Shown here piece after piece: positions 25,504 through 34,518 of a stretch of DNA of 34,518 bases. Position 1 is the first letter of the stretch. The number at the start of each line of letters is the position of its first letter. The notes under the pieces are model-generated. The model worked only from the letters and a program-made list of their open reading frames with translations. It did not search any database and was not told where the DNA came from. Made by a program: the position numbers and the translations under genes. Origin of the DNA: a virus (lineage: Duplodnaviria; Caudoviricetes); IMG/VR virus record IMGVR_UViG_3300042366_000731, positions 1 to 34,518 of that record, one strand, 5' to 3'.

Positions 25504-26469
25504 TTACCCAAATGTTAATTCTAAACTATCTAATAATAACCTTGCATCTTGTGTTGATCCACTAGCAAGACGATATAATTTTACCCTTATCTTATCTCCT
25601 GCCTGTACTGCTACAGCATTGATCTGACCACTTGCGTTTGTAAGATCGATGTTACCAATACTTGTAATTAAGTTTGTAGTTGCCGACAATGTTACTGCAG
25701 CATTAGTGCTTGTATAAGTATTGCTATAAGTCCCAAGCACAGTAGAAGCATTAATAAGTGCAGAGACAGCTTGAAAGTGTACAGTGGCAGGTGAAACACC
25801 TGCACAAAAGAATTTACCTTGCTTTAAGAAGATTTGAGTCCCTGCTACATAGGTAGGAGGTACGTTCACCACAACATAAATTTCTTGTACTGATACGTTA
25901 TCAAATGACTCAAAAAGAAAACCGTCTATAAACTCAGAGATTGGACCCAATGTATCTTTAATCCAATTAAGAGAAGGAGTAGCAATATTAATTGCCTTAA
26001 TATCAATTTCGGTTGTAGTTGAGGTTAAAGAGATGTTTGCACCGTCAGTTAGACTTTTAAACTCTAAATTTTGAGCTAGTTTTTGAGCAAAGATGCCAGT
26101 CCCTGCGCCTAAATTTAAACCGTCGTCAACATCACCATAAACAAGGTTAGAAATGTTACTAACCCAAGATGAAGTAGCAGCATTATACCTTTTAATTGCA
26201 TATTGAGCGTTAACGTCGCAAGCAAGATCACCATTTATAGGTGAAGCGATAGTTGCTAAATCGACTGGTTCAAAATTTATTTCTGGACCTATTTTTATAT
26301 CAGCATTGCTTCCTGAAGGGTTAGAAACTTTAAATACTGTCCCCTGGAAGTCCATTGTGTCAGCACTGACTACAGGGGTTCCGTTTTCTTCTACTGATAT
26401 TCCGAAAACTTGATCATTGATAAGGTCAAAATTACCAGTTAGCGGATTAAATACTTGTTTAGTAGGCAT
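25504..26469 (-). CDS. Tail-associated structural protein
   Basis: 321 aa; N-terminal 'FNPLTGNFDL' and 'LEFKSL..G.NISL' motifs seen in phage fibres. Confidence 0.65.
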   Translation of the reverse strand: MPTKQVFNPLTGNFDLINDQVFGISVEENGTPVVSADTMDFQGTVFKVSNPSGSNADIKIGPEINFEPVDLATIASPINGDLACDVNAQYAIKRYNAATSSWVSNISNLVYGDVDDGLNLGAGTGIFAQKLAQNLEFKSLTDGANISLTSTTTEIDIKAINIATPSLNWIKDTLGPISEFIDGFLFESFDNVSVQEIYVVVNVPPTYVAGTQIFLKQGKFFCAGVSPATVHFQAVSALINASTVLGTYSNTYTSTNAAVTLSATTNLITSIGNIDLTNASGQINAVAVQAGDKIRVKLYRLASGSTQDARLLLDSLELTFG

Positions 26470-27527
26470 TATGTCCTCACTACACCGATCAATCGGTTAG
26501 ACCCATCGTAAGATAAGGTCACTGTGGCAACTGTGACTGTAGCAAGTTTATAAACTACAGTAGAGATATCTGTTGTCGCACCTACGTATGAAATAACAAG
26601 TTCATCATATTTTACAGGAACTAAAGCACCGCCCACTCTCTGATTTAATGCTGTAAGGTCTGCATTAGAAATTGGAACTGCTACTTGGTTAGATGAAATA
26701 ACTACTCTTTGAGTAGAAGCATCAGTATTACCCGCACCGTAAGTTACTGGTAAAGTCAGAACATCAACATCACCGATGTTTGCTGTACCTGCAGTTAGCT
26801 GAGTTTCTGTAGTTAAAGCACCTGAAGGGTTAACTTTTACGTCAACGAAACCACCGCCACCTCCTGTAGTTTTTCCAATGATAACAGTCTTACCTAACTC
26901 GGCAAACATATTGCCTGTAACTGTTTGATCTAACGTATAAAGAGAAGATTTAACTAATGTAGTTTTAAAGATTGTCTGTAATCTAAAATAGGCTTGTGCA
27001 GAAGAACCATTGGTATAAACCACTCTAGCATATCTAAATTCAGCATTGAATATATATCCAACACCTGTTGCGCCTGTGTAAGTTGTAGAATGTGAATGAT
27101 CCCAGTTTGTACCGTCAGTTGAAAACTCAACCTTTACACCATTAGTTGCACTGGCAACGTCTGATTTTACGTTTACATTGATTGCAGCATAGGAAGTAAT
27201 ATCAAACGCAGTCCCAGTAAAGACACCGCCTATTCCTAATGCAACCGTGCTTGAGTTTCCAGAATCAAGAGTACCTGTCAAAAGAGTGGTTGAACCAGAT
27301 CCAATGATCTCAACAGGTAAAGGTACTGTATTGGCAGGAGTTACATTATCTTTGGTAACTGGAACCTGATCACCGTCTACATATATAAATTGAAGCGAGG
27401 GTAGTGCTTTGTTATTTGCAGCGTTAGCTGTGTCTTGCTCAACGACTTGCTGTGCACCATCATATTGAAAGAATAAATCTTGTGCAGCAACTGTTAAAAT
27501 ACTTGGAGGATATTGATATATTTTCAT
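26469..27527 (-). CDS. Tail-associated structural protein (jelly-roll-like central domain)
   Basis: 352 aa, T/V/G-rich; 'VEFSTDGTNW' and C-terminal 'TLSYDGSNRL'. Confidence 0.65.
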   Translation of the reverse strand: MKIYQYPPSILTVAAQDLFFQYDGAQQVVEQDTANAANNKALPSLQFIYVDGDQVPVTKDNVTPANTVPLPVEIIGSGSTTLLTGTLDSGNSSTVALGIGGVFTGTAFDITSYAAINVNVKSDVASATNGVKVEFSTDGTNWDHSHSTTYTGATGVGYIFNAEFRYARVVYTNGSSAQAYFRLQTIFKTTLVKSSLYTLDQTVTGNMFAELGKTVIIGKTTGGGGGFVDVKVNPSGALTTETQLTAGTANIGDVDVLTLPVTYGAGNTDASTQRVVISSNQVAVPISNADLTALNQRVGGALVPVKYDELVISYVGATTDISTVVYKLATVTVATVTLSYDGSNRLIGVVRT

Positions 27528-27886
27528 TATGCCCCCAAATTATTTCCAGTAATCCAGGCATTAATTAGACCTGTACCACTGTTTGAAACTGCATTAAGTC
27601 TCATCTTATAAGCTGAATGTTTTTCTATTTGTAATGTGTATTCTGTATCAACAGATCCATCTAAAACTATCGGTGTATTGAAGTCTAGTTCGTACCAGAC
27701 AGGTGTTTGAGAATTTTTATCACCTGTAAACTCAACTTTTATAACGCAGTTTACAGAAGATTCTATTTTAATAATGTAGTTTATTACGTCTAGTTGATCA
27801 ACTGTGCTTTCTTGTGAAGGTGTGATCGATGCAGAGTTTACAAAACTCCAAACCTGGTATTTGTTAAGTACATTCCGTCGTGACAT
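27527..27886 (-). CDS. Small beta-sandwich virion protein
   Basis: 119 aa with a GAGGGG SD; first gene after the ejection module. Confidence 0.65.
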   Translation of the reverse strand: MSRRNVLNKYQVWSFVNSASITPSQESTVDQLDVINYIIKIESSVNCVIKVEFTGDKNSQTPVWYELDFNTPIVLDGSVDTEYTLQIEKHSAYKMRLNAVSNSGTGLINAWITGNNLGA

Positions 27887-27904
27887 TTTTAATCCCCTCG
27901 TGGG

Positions 27905-27935
27905 TTAATTGCCTGTTTAGCAAAAAGACAATTAA
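27905..27935 (-). promoter_or_regulatory. Intergenic hairpin without U-tail (possible processing or stability element)
   Basis: TTAATTGTCT...AGGCAATTAA, a 10-bp stem with one G-U pair, immediately after the 956-aa gene stop. Confidence 0.4.
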
Positions 27936-27938
27936 AGT

Positions 27939-30809
27939 TTAAGTTCGGTAAAGAACTTTATCAAGCCCTGATTGCTCTCGGGTTGATGATTTTATATTTT
28001 TTGCCCCTACAGTAGAAACTCTTCTCTGTGGTTGCATATTTTGGACTTCTTTTTTGATTTGCATTCCACTAAATTGCTGTAGCATATTAAACCCTGTAGG
28101 CGTGAATGCTTTCCTGGTATCAAGTCCAAGTATTACAGATAAGTTTGCTTTTTGTTTCTCGGTTAGCTTTTTATTAAACTCAGGTAATCTCTCTGCGAAC
28201 TCTTTTTGAACTTCTTCTGCCATTCTTGGATAAACCGCCCTAAATGCTTCCATGTATTCAGGAGCAATATATCCAGACGCAATGCTATTCATAACCTTGT
28301 AAGGTTTCTCAACGGCATCAACATAGTTTTTAAACTTCATTAACTCTGATCTTGAAATTGTTCCATCATCAAAAGGTGTAATCTGTTTTTTAGGAACCTT
28401 TGTAGACAGAAATGCAGCCGCATCCATAATCTTAGCACCTAGAGCACCTGCAGTTTTAGGAGCAGACTCATAAAGTGCTTTATTGTTTTTGTTGTATACC
28501 TGGATGATCTCTTGTGGGTCCTGTTGGTAATATTCAACTTTTTTCTCAATCTCTTTTACATCATCATCGGATAAGTCTTGACCTGTAATGGTTCTGTTGA
28601 TTGCCTTAGTTGATAATGATGCAGACTTTTTGAAGAAGTTTTCAACTGAATCAGAGATATTAAACTTCCCTTTATTAACTGCTTTTTCAAGAGCTGCGTT
28701 TGTAGGGATATACTTAGTCATCTGTCCAAGCATACCCTTTGGGCCTGATCGATAGACCATGTACCTAAACATCTCTCTTGATTGATATGCAAGCTGAAAC
28801 ATATTTTGAAAACTTATATTAATAGATGTATCAGAAGGGTTCATATTAGGAGGCAAGGCATCTACGACTTTAGAATAATCTGCAATAAGTTTTTTAGGAT
28901 CTGTTAAATGAGGAGCAAGTAATTTTATCTGTGATTCTTCTAACTTATTTAATTCTGTTTTAAAAACTTTAGGACTAAAAACACCTGTACGAGATGATCT
29001 CTTTTTGATGTCATTGAGCAATCTTGCTCTTGCTAAGTCTGCTACTTCTGGAAAGTACAATTGAAATTTCTCAATATCTTCAATTTTTTTTAGATTCAGC
29101 AACTTGTCAGCTAAAGGTATTGCATCGACATCCTTGAGCCTGTTCAAAAGATTATTCATGTTTTCGGTATTAAACCCTAAATAGTCCCCTAAAAACTTAT
29201 ATTTTTCATGTGTACTTCTCCAAATACCATCTGCAGTATTTAAAGCTGTAAACAAATCATCTATCTGCTTACCCTTGGCAACAAAAGGTTCTGCCTTATA
29301 ATTGAACTCAATTGCATTTCTTCTCAATGTGTCTAGTCTGTCATAAAGTAATTTGAAAAATTTTTCAGCATTTTTATCGTCTGCTTTTTGTGCTTTTGTA
29401 AATTCATTACCTATTAATGTTCTATATTCTTTAATTTTATTATAAGAATCCTGCTTGCTAATAATTTCAATGTATTTTTTAGCATTAGGCACAACATCAA
29501 TTAAGGGAAGTTTCTTTAATTCAGTTTGAAATTTTTTTCTTAATGATTCTGTTATAGGAAGATCTCCTGCTTTTTCATCAATAATTTGATACAAAAAAGA
29601 TCCAGGCTCTAGCTCTTCTGATATTTTTGCTCTGATTACGTCTTTTGCTTGCAATCCAATAGTAGATTTATCAACTTCTGCAGCATCTTTAATTATTAAG
29701 TTTTGAACATTATCTAAAGAATCATAAGTTTTTTGAATTTCTTTTCTTGTTAAAATACCACCCACACTAGGTTCTTTAGCTAAAGATCCTTCCATTTTTG
29801 CGAATACACCGCCTTCTTTCATACCAGGAGTAAGTGGTACACCTAAAGCACCTGCAGCTTTTTCTAATTCAATCTTATCGGCAATTTCGTCTGCACTAGA
29901 CCCTAGTTTGTTTATTATCTCATCGGCTGCTTCTTCATTAGATAGCCGAGTTAAAACATCTTTTTGGATCTGTTTGTCTTCTATCCCAGAAAAGACTTTT
30001 TTCATTGTCTCGGTGTATTGCTTTTTAATGGCTTTAGCACCTTCTCCAGCCATTCCAAATGTTCCGCCTGCTACAGAGCCAAAGATGCCACCAATCAACG
30101 CACCTTGACCCATACCTGCCAGAGCAGTTTCAGCATTAAACTCAGCATCTCCCAATGCATCCTCAGATATAACATCACCGACACCAAAGAAAGCACCTTC
30201 AACCGCAGAGCCTGTACCAATCTTGACCGCCTTGTCGACTACCTCTTTAGTTATGTTTGATGCAGTTTTAGATAATATTTTTCCCGTAATACTAGGAGCG
30301 AACTTTGTAGCAGCAGCAACACCGGCACGTTCCGCTAGTGCTGCAGGAGTAGCAGCGAGTAATCTTGCACCTACACTTGTCCCACCTGTAAAAAAAGCAG
30401 GAGCGATTGCACCTGTAATTTCAAAAGCACCGGAAATAATCGGACTTGCTTCTTCTAATGCTTTTAATTTTTCTGGGGTTGTAATGCCTGTACTTGTGAG
30501 AATTTGATCGAATAACCCTAAAGATACTCCTCTTAATAAGCCTGCTCCTGCAGCTTTAAAAGGCTCATCAGCAGCAATGTCAAGTTGCTCTTCTTTCTGT
30601 ACTTGTTTTTGTGAAACGTGTTTGAATCCTGCATCAATCGCATCAAAAACTTGTTCAGATGGTACTATTCTTCTTCTACCGTCATTGTCTTCAAATTTTA
30701 ATTCCTGACCTTTAAGAATAGAATATTCGCCCGAGTTTAAAAGATCCGGCAATCCACCATCTTCGATGTTTTCTAGTTTACCTGTTCGATTATTTCTAAC
30801 CTTAATCAT
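27939..30809 (-). CDS. Large internal virion / DNA ejection protein
   Basis: 956 aa; G/A-rich hydrophobic N-third and charged helical remainder; third of three genes after nozzle and GNAT. Confidence 0.7.
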   Translation of the reverse strand: MIKVRNNRTGKLENIEDGGLPDLLNSGEYSILKGQELKFEDNDGRRRIVPSEQVFDAIDAGFKHVSQKQVQKEEQLDIAADEPFKAAGAGLLRGVSLGLFDQILTSTGITTPEKLKALEEASPIISGAFEITGAIAPAFFTGGTSVGARLLAATPAALAERAGVAAATKFAPSITGKILSKTASNITKEVVDKAVKIGTGSAVEGAFFGVGDVISEDALGDAEFNAETALAGMGQGALIGGIFGSVAGGTFGMAGEGAKAIKKQYTETMKKVFSGIEDKQIQKDVLTRLSNEEAADEIINKLGSSADEIADKIELEKAAGALGVPLTPGMKEGGVFAKMEGSLAKEPSVGGILTRKEIQKTYDSLDNVQNLIIKDAAEVDKSTIGLQAKDVIRAKISEELEPGSFLYQIIDEKAGDLPITESLRKKFQTELKKLPLIDVVPNAKKYIEIISKQDSYNKIKEYRTLIGNEFTKAQKADDKNAEKFFKLLYDRLDTLRRNAIEFNYKAEPFVAKGKQIDDLFTALNTADGIWRSTHEKYKFLGDYLGFNTENMNNLLNRLKDVDAIPLADKLLNLKKIEDIEKFQLYFPEVADLARARLLNDIKKRSSRTGVFSPKVFKTELNKLEESQIKLLAPHLTDPKKLIADYSKVVDALPPNMNPSDTSINISFQNMFQLAYQSREMFRYMVYRSGPKGMLGQMTKYIPTNAALEKAVNKGKFNISDSVENFFKKSASLSTKAINRTITGQDLSDDDVKEIEKKVEYYQQDPQEIIQVYNKNNKALYESAPKTAGALGAKIMDAAAFLSTKVPKKQITPFDDGTISRSELMKFKNYVDAVEKPYKVMNSIASGYIAPEYMEAFRAVYPRMAEEVQKEFAERLPEFNKKLTEKQKANLSVILGLDTRKAFTPTGFNMLQQFSGMQIKKEVQNMQPQRRVSTVGAKNIKSSTREQSGLDKVLYRT

Positions 30810-32221
30810 TCAAGCCTACCGATATTTGAACCTACTGGAACTAGCCCGTAACTTTCTTCCTGTGCTTTAAGTGCTTTATTGGCAAGATCCCTCATACCTT
30901 TAATCTGTTCAATCATAATAGCGTCAGATTTAAAAAGAGAAGGTTTACTAATATAATCCTCTAGTCTTTTAGCATCATCACCTGACAATACACCTAGTTT
31001 TTTAATTTCTTTCATCTGTAATTGAGCGTCTTGCACAAGTTGTTTTGCTCTTACATTTTTAGCAGTGAAAGGGATAGCCTCCCCATTGCCTTTAACTAAT
31101 TTCTCCAAATCTGCCAATGTGGCATCAAGTGTCTTTTTACCTGCTAATGTTTGAGAAAACTTTTCTTTAGCAGTCTTATCTGTAATTGTGTTTTCATAGC
31201 CAGGAATAACATTAGATTTTTTAGCAGTAGCAAGGTTGACCATAGTAGCTTGATTTTTTGCTATTTCAGAATTAATCAGGTCTACTCCTTGTAAAGTTTT
31301 AGCAGCAACAATTTTAGATTGAGACATTTCAGATAATACTTTTAATCTATTGCTTACAGCGTTAAGTTGCATATTAGTGAGCTGTAATGATGCCATGTCT
31401 TCATCACCAAATCTTTTAACAAGATCACCGTAAAGAGACTGGTAATCTTTTTTTTGCTCTTTAAGTAAATTATATCTTTCTTTTTGCTGATCAAGATCAC
31501 GTGCCATAGTGTTAGAAACAGTTTCCTGGAATGTTTTTGCACCTTGTGCAGATAAAGAAGATAAAAACCCAGTGATTGCAATCATTACTTTTTGACCAGT
31601 AGATGATTTTTCCCATAATGATCTATTATCCCATGTAAAATCTTTTTGTTTCTGGTCAATTTCACTTATCTTTTTCTTTAATTCATTTTCTGCATCAAAT
31701 CTTGATTGCTGTAAACGTGCCTGATTCATCTCATATTGCTTCATGATTTGATCAGTAGCATCTAAAGATTTTTGAGAAGCCGCATCCTGGGCATTTACTC
31801 CGGACATAATTAATTGCTTATATGAGTTAGTAGGTGCAACAGGCTGTGTAGCTAATTCTTTCCCTTGCATTTCACCAGGTATTGCAACACCGCCACGTGA
31901 TACCACATCTGAATCACTAACTTGTGTTTGTGGCATACTGACAGGTATAGGCTGAGCAACAGGAGGTTTTAAACCAAGTGCAGCTAAATCTGCTTGTGTT
32001 TTATTTTGAGCTTCAATCTCGGCAAGTTTTTGTGCTTCTTTTTGAGCATCAATAGCAGCAATATTTTGTTGTTGTCCAATAGCTTGATTAGAGAATTTTA
32101 ATAGTTCTTCATCTGATAATGGCTGTCTTAATATTCCTGAAGGAGTTTGGGAAGCAGCTATCATTTCTGCTTGTCTTCTTAATTGGTCAGGACTCATATT
32201 TATTGATGCAGTAGGTTCCAT
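30806..32221 (-). CDS. Internal virion / DNA ejection protein
   Basis: 471 aa, Q/K-rich and helical, with a short hydrophobic segment. Confidence 0.65.
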   Translation of the reverse strand: MEPTASINMSPDQLRRQAEMIAASQTPSGILRQPLSDEELLKFSNQAIGQQQNIAAIDAQKEAQKLAEIEAQNKTQADLAALGLKPPVAQPIPVSMPQTQVSDSDVVSRGGVAIPGEMQGKELATQPVAPTNSYKQLIMSGVNAQDAASQKSLDATDQIMKQYEMNQARLQQSRFDAENELKKKISEIDQKQKDFTWDNRSLWEKSSTGQKVMIAITGFLSSLSAQGAKTFQETVSNTMARDLDQQKERYNLLKEQKKDYQSLYGDLVKRFGDEDMASLQLTNMQLNAVSNRLKVLSEMSQSKIVAAKTLQGVDLINSEIAKNQATMVNLATAKKSNVIPGYENTITDKTAKEKFSQTLAGKKTLDATLADLEKLVKGNGEAIPFTAKNVRAKQLVQDAQLQMKEIKKLGVLSGDDAKRLEDYISKPSLFKSDAIMIEQIKGMRDLANKALKAQEESYGLVPVGSNIGRLE

Positions 32222-32222
32222 G

Positions 32223-33131
32223 TTAACCTTTCTTTTCTAACTTTTTAGTTCTTTGGTTTAATTCAGCTATAGCAGCAAATAAAGGTGCCATGCCTTGTCC
32301 GTAATCAACCATCTTTCCCTCAGGCCCATCAACTACCATTTGCTTTCCGAGTTTAGATTTCTCTAGGTCCTGCGCCATAACAGAAGTGACTTTACCCTCT
32401 GGGTTTTTCTGACCATTATTTTCTTTATCTTTATAATTGTATGTGTAGCTTTTAAGAGCGTCTAAAAACTCTTCAACCATTTCAGAACCAGATTTTTCTG
32501 ATTGATTCATATTTTCTTTTAGTGACACGTCTGAGTTTGGTCCTGCGGCTCCACCGCCTGACATTGCCTTAGCTCCACTGCTTGCTAAATTTGAAATAAA
32601 TTCAGACCTCATTCTTGAACCTGCTAATCCTGCTTCTAGGTTTGCCTGAGCAGCACCAAGCGCAACACCTCTTTGTGCAGCTGCTTGTCGCATTAATTGT
32701 TCACTAGCAGCTCTAATTTCTTGCTCTTTAGCTATTGCTGATTGCGCACCTAAGTCAATGCCTGCTTCTTTGCCTGCCTGCATTGCTTCCCTTTGTGCAA
32801 GTCCTACGTTTGACATACCACGAGCAGAAGCAGCTGCGCCTAGTTGTTGTTTTGATAAATCCTGCATAGCTTTTTGAAATTGCATTTCAGTAACAGAAGG
32901 AGATTTTCCTGAAGCAATATCACGAAACCTTTGAAGTGCTTCTTTTTCACCTTCAAGAGCATCTTTCGTAAGTTTAAATTGACCCATTCCTGCAAGTTTG
33001 GTTTCTGGATTAATACCTAAAAATCCACCAATTTTTTGACCAGTTTCTTCTATGCCCCCTAATCCACCGCCTAAAACTGTCGATATTCCACCAGTTGCAA
33101 CACCGGTAACTACCTTTCCTGCGCTTCCCAT
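32223..33131 (-). CDS. Ejection / pilot-like protein with C-terminal Peptidase_S74-like chaperone domain
   Basis: G/A/Q-rich N-part; then 'SDVSLKEN', 'YTYNYK', 'VMAQDLE', 'VDY' and 'AAIAELNQRTKKLE'. Confidence 0.78.
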   Translation of the reverse strand: MGSAGKVVTGVATGGISTVLGGGLGGIEETGQKIGGFLGINPETKLAGMGQFKLTKDALEGEKEALQRFRDIASGKSPSVTEMQFQKAMQDLSKQQLGAAASARGMSNVGLAQREAMQAGKEAGIDLGAQSAIAKEQEIRAASEQLMRQAAAQRGVALGAAQANLEAGLAGSRMRSEFISNLASSGAKAMSGGGAAGPNSDVSLKENMNQSEKSGSEMVEEFLDALKSYTYNYKDKENNGQKNPEGKVTSVMAQDLEKSKLGKQMVVDGPEGKMVDYGQGMAPLFAAIAELNQRTKKLEKKG

Positions 33132-33472
33132 ATAATTTCCTTAGCTAATTTAATTTCTTTTTCGTCAGCTCCAACTATTTTAAACCCTTTTAACATTTGA
33201 GCAAGAAGTGCTTCATGTAATCCATTGCTATTAATCTGAACTGCACTTAACACGTATTTAATTTTCTTTGCCCAAGCAATAATCTCAATCTGTTTTAATA
33301 GATCCGATCCTATGCCTTTACGTCTGTGATCTTTATCAATGTACATATCATGAATATAAACATGATCGGATAACAGAGAATATGAAACAAACCCATAATC
33401 ATGCTCAATAAGTTCAATGTTAGCTTTCTCTTTAATGTAATTTGCATACTTAGTAAGACTTGTTTGGTGCAA
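33110..33472 (-). CDS. GNAT-fold acetyltransferase (position of T7 gp13)
   Basis: 'YIHDMYIDKDHRRKGIGSDLL' motif A and 'GFK'. Confidence 0.82.
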   Translation of the reverse strand: MHQTSLTKYANYIKEKANIELIEHDYGFVSYSLLSDHVYIHDMYIDKDHRRKGIGSDLLKQIEIIAWAKKIKYVLSAVQINSNGLHEALLAQMLKGFKIVGADEKEIKLAKEIIWEAQER

Positions 33473-34518
33473 GTTTATACCCTCCTGCTTTAATCCCTAG
33501 CTCGATTTGAATATTAGATAAATCGTATGACTCACCAGTGCCTGCTTGATCTGAATCAAATATTTCAAACTTCATACTCTCTACTTTTTGACGAGGTAAT
33601 GAAATCTGGAACTGATATTGTGGTGAACTAGATGAGTTATACACCAAAGAATACTCTTCAAACACAGTATCATCATAATCAAAATAGACTTTACACTTAA
33701 GAGTATGAGCAGACTTGTAGTCACCAATAATCCACAACTGGTAAGCCCTTACATATCCCTGGACTAAGTTAACTTTTAGCCATGGGCTTATAAACTTCAT
33801 AGCATAAAAACTTGTGCCATCTTTAAAAACTGATTCTGACTCAGAGAAAATCTTATTAGACTTAATTAATGAAACAGTATTTTTATAAGTTTCCGCATCA
33901 ACAGTTGTCTGCCCTGTACTCACAGACCATACCTGGAATAAATAATTGTATGTAAGACAGTTCATGCCAGAGGTATAAAACCTTACCTCGTTAAATTTAG
34001 GAGCAAGCATTGATGCAATAATTGACTCTGAGTTATAGTCCTCGATTGCTGCACCTATGTAAGAAACCTGCATTGCTCTTGATAAAAGATAAATGCCCTT
34101 TTTGGACTTAAACATTAAACCATCAGGCATACTTATAACTGATTTTGAGTCAGAACACCCAACATCAGACTGTATGATTTCGGGTTCACTAAATCCGTTA
34201 ACAGGTAAGCCTGTCTCTGTAGGACCATCGCCTTGTATAAAGTATATTGATTCTTCCCTGAAGACTATTAACTTGCCGTCCATGTAACCCAGGGCAGAGA
34301 TTTTAGTCTTATCTGAGTTAGTACCAGATGCAATCCTTATCCTGAAAAAGTCTGAGAAGAAAATTGATTCAGAGAACAACTGCTTTTTAGAGTAAGCCAC
34401 TTCATCTTTTTCTTCTAGCCCTCCCAGGAATATTCTATTACCGCCTGACACCATAAATTTAGACGATGGTGCCTGGTCATTTTGTAGAATACCGCCTTGG
34501 GTGTACAGGAGTTGATTG
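33450..34518 (-). CDS. Tail nozzle / tubular protein B-like, 3' part (continuation of 1-2088)
   Basis: The track ORF 33450-34454 is in frame with the 2088-to-1 ORF through the 127-bp overlap; beta-propeller-like motifs 'DGKLIVFRE' and 'VGC...SV'. Confidence 0.8.
   Translation of the reverse strand, partial: NQLLYTQGGILQNDQAPSSKFMVSGGNRIFLGGLEEKDEVAYSKKQLFSESIFFSDFFRIRIASGTNSDKTKISALGYMDGKLIVFREESIYFIQGDGPTETGLPVNGFSEPEIIQSDVGCSDSKSVISMPDGLMFKSKKGIYLLSRAMQVSYIGAAIEDYNSESIIASMLAPKFNEVRFYTSGMNCLTYNYLFQVWSVSTGQTTVDAETYKNTVSLIKSNKIFSESESVFKDGTSFYAMKFISPWLKVNLVQGYVRAYQLWIIGDYKSAHTLKCKVYFDYDDTVFEEYSLVYNSSSSPQYQFQISLPRQKVESMKFEIFDSDQAGTGESYDLSNIQIELGIKAGGYKLAPNKSY
34392..34518. repeat. Terminal direct repeat, right copy (127 bp)
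   Basis: Exact copy of 1-127. Confidence 0.97.

Noticed and set aside
1728-34287. Shadow ORFs in the track (e.g. 1728-1985, 5710-5967, 6896-7096, 8646-8886, 10648-10887, 13348-13593, 14779-14964, 18715-18942, 19090-19272, 20772-21432, 23965-24994, 25200-25627, 29908-30507, 31354-31581, 34093-34287)
   Set aside because: They lie antisense to or out of frame within well-supported genes and show no recognisable motifs.
1-34518. Firm host assignment to Bdellovibrionota
   Set aside because: Suggested only by protein style, low GC and a diderm-type lysis module. It needs tRNA, spacer or protein matches that I cannot run.

Overview
The window is a complete, circularly permuted, AT-rich tailed-phage genome of about 34,391 bp; bases 1-127 are repeated exactly at 34392-34518, most likely an assembly overlap. 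Gene order is podovirus-like (P22/T7-type). A large minus-strand operon runs ParB-methyltransferase, small terminase, GNAT, tRNA-Ser, a cassette of mosaic small genes, PAPS-reductase-like gene, large terminase, portal, scaffold, major capsid, adaptor, a ~1009-aa nozzle-like gene that spans the junction and is missing from the ORF track, a second GNAT, three ejection proteins, tail and fibre genes, and a lysis module. A short plus-strand operon (15.2-18.6 kb) encodes ERF, SSB, a CsrA-like protein, a zincin and VRR-NUC. I found no integrase, repressor, DNA polymerase, primase, helicase or replication initiator. The most unusual signals are: (1) a ~210-nt structured, GC-enriched non-coding segment at the point where transcription diverges, in a phage with no replication genes; (2) a two-hairpin antisense sRNA candidate with a CsrA-consensus loop and an exposed anti-SD/AUG linker, near a divergent CsrA-like gene; (3) a gene in the tail-fibre position that carries a Sec signal peptide and 16 cysteines; (4) a cassette of small genes built from shuffled modules; (5) an S74-type autocleaving chaperone fused to an ejection-type protein. 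All family calls come from motif recognition by eye; no searches were run.
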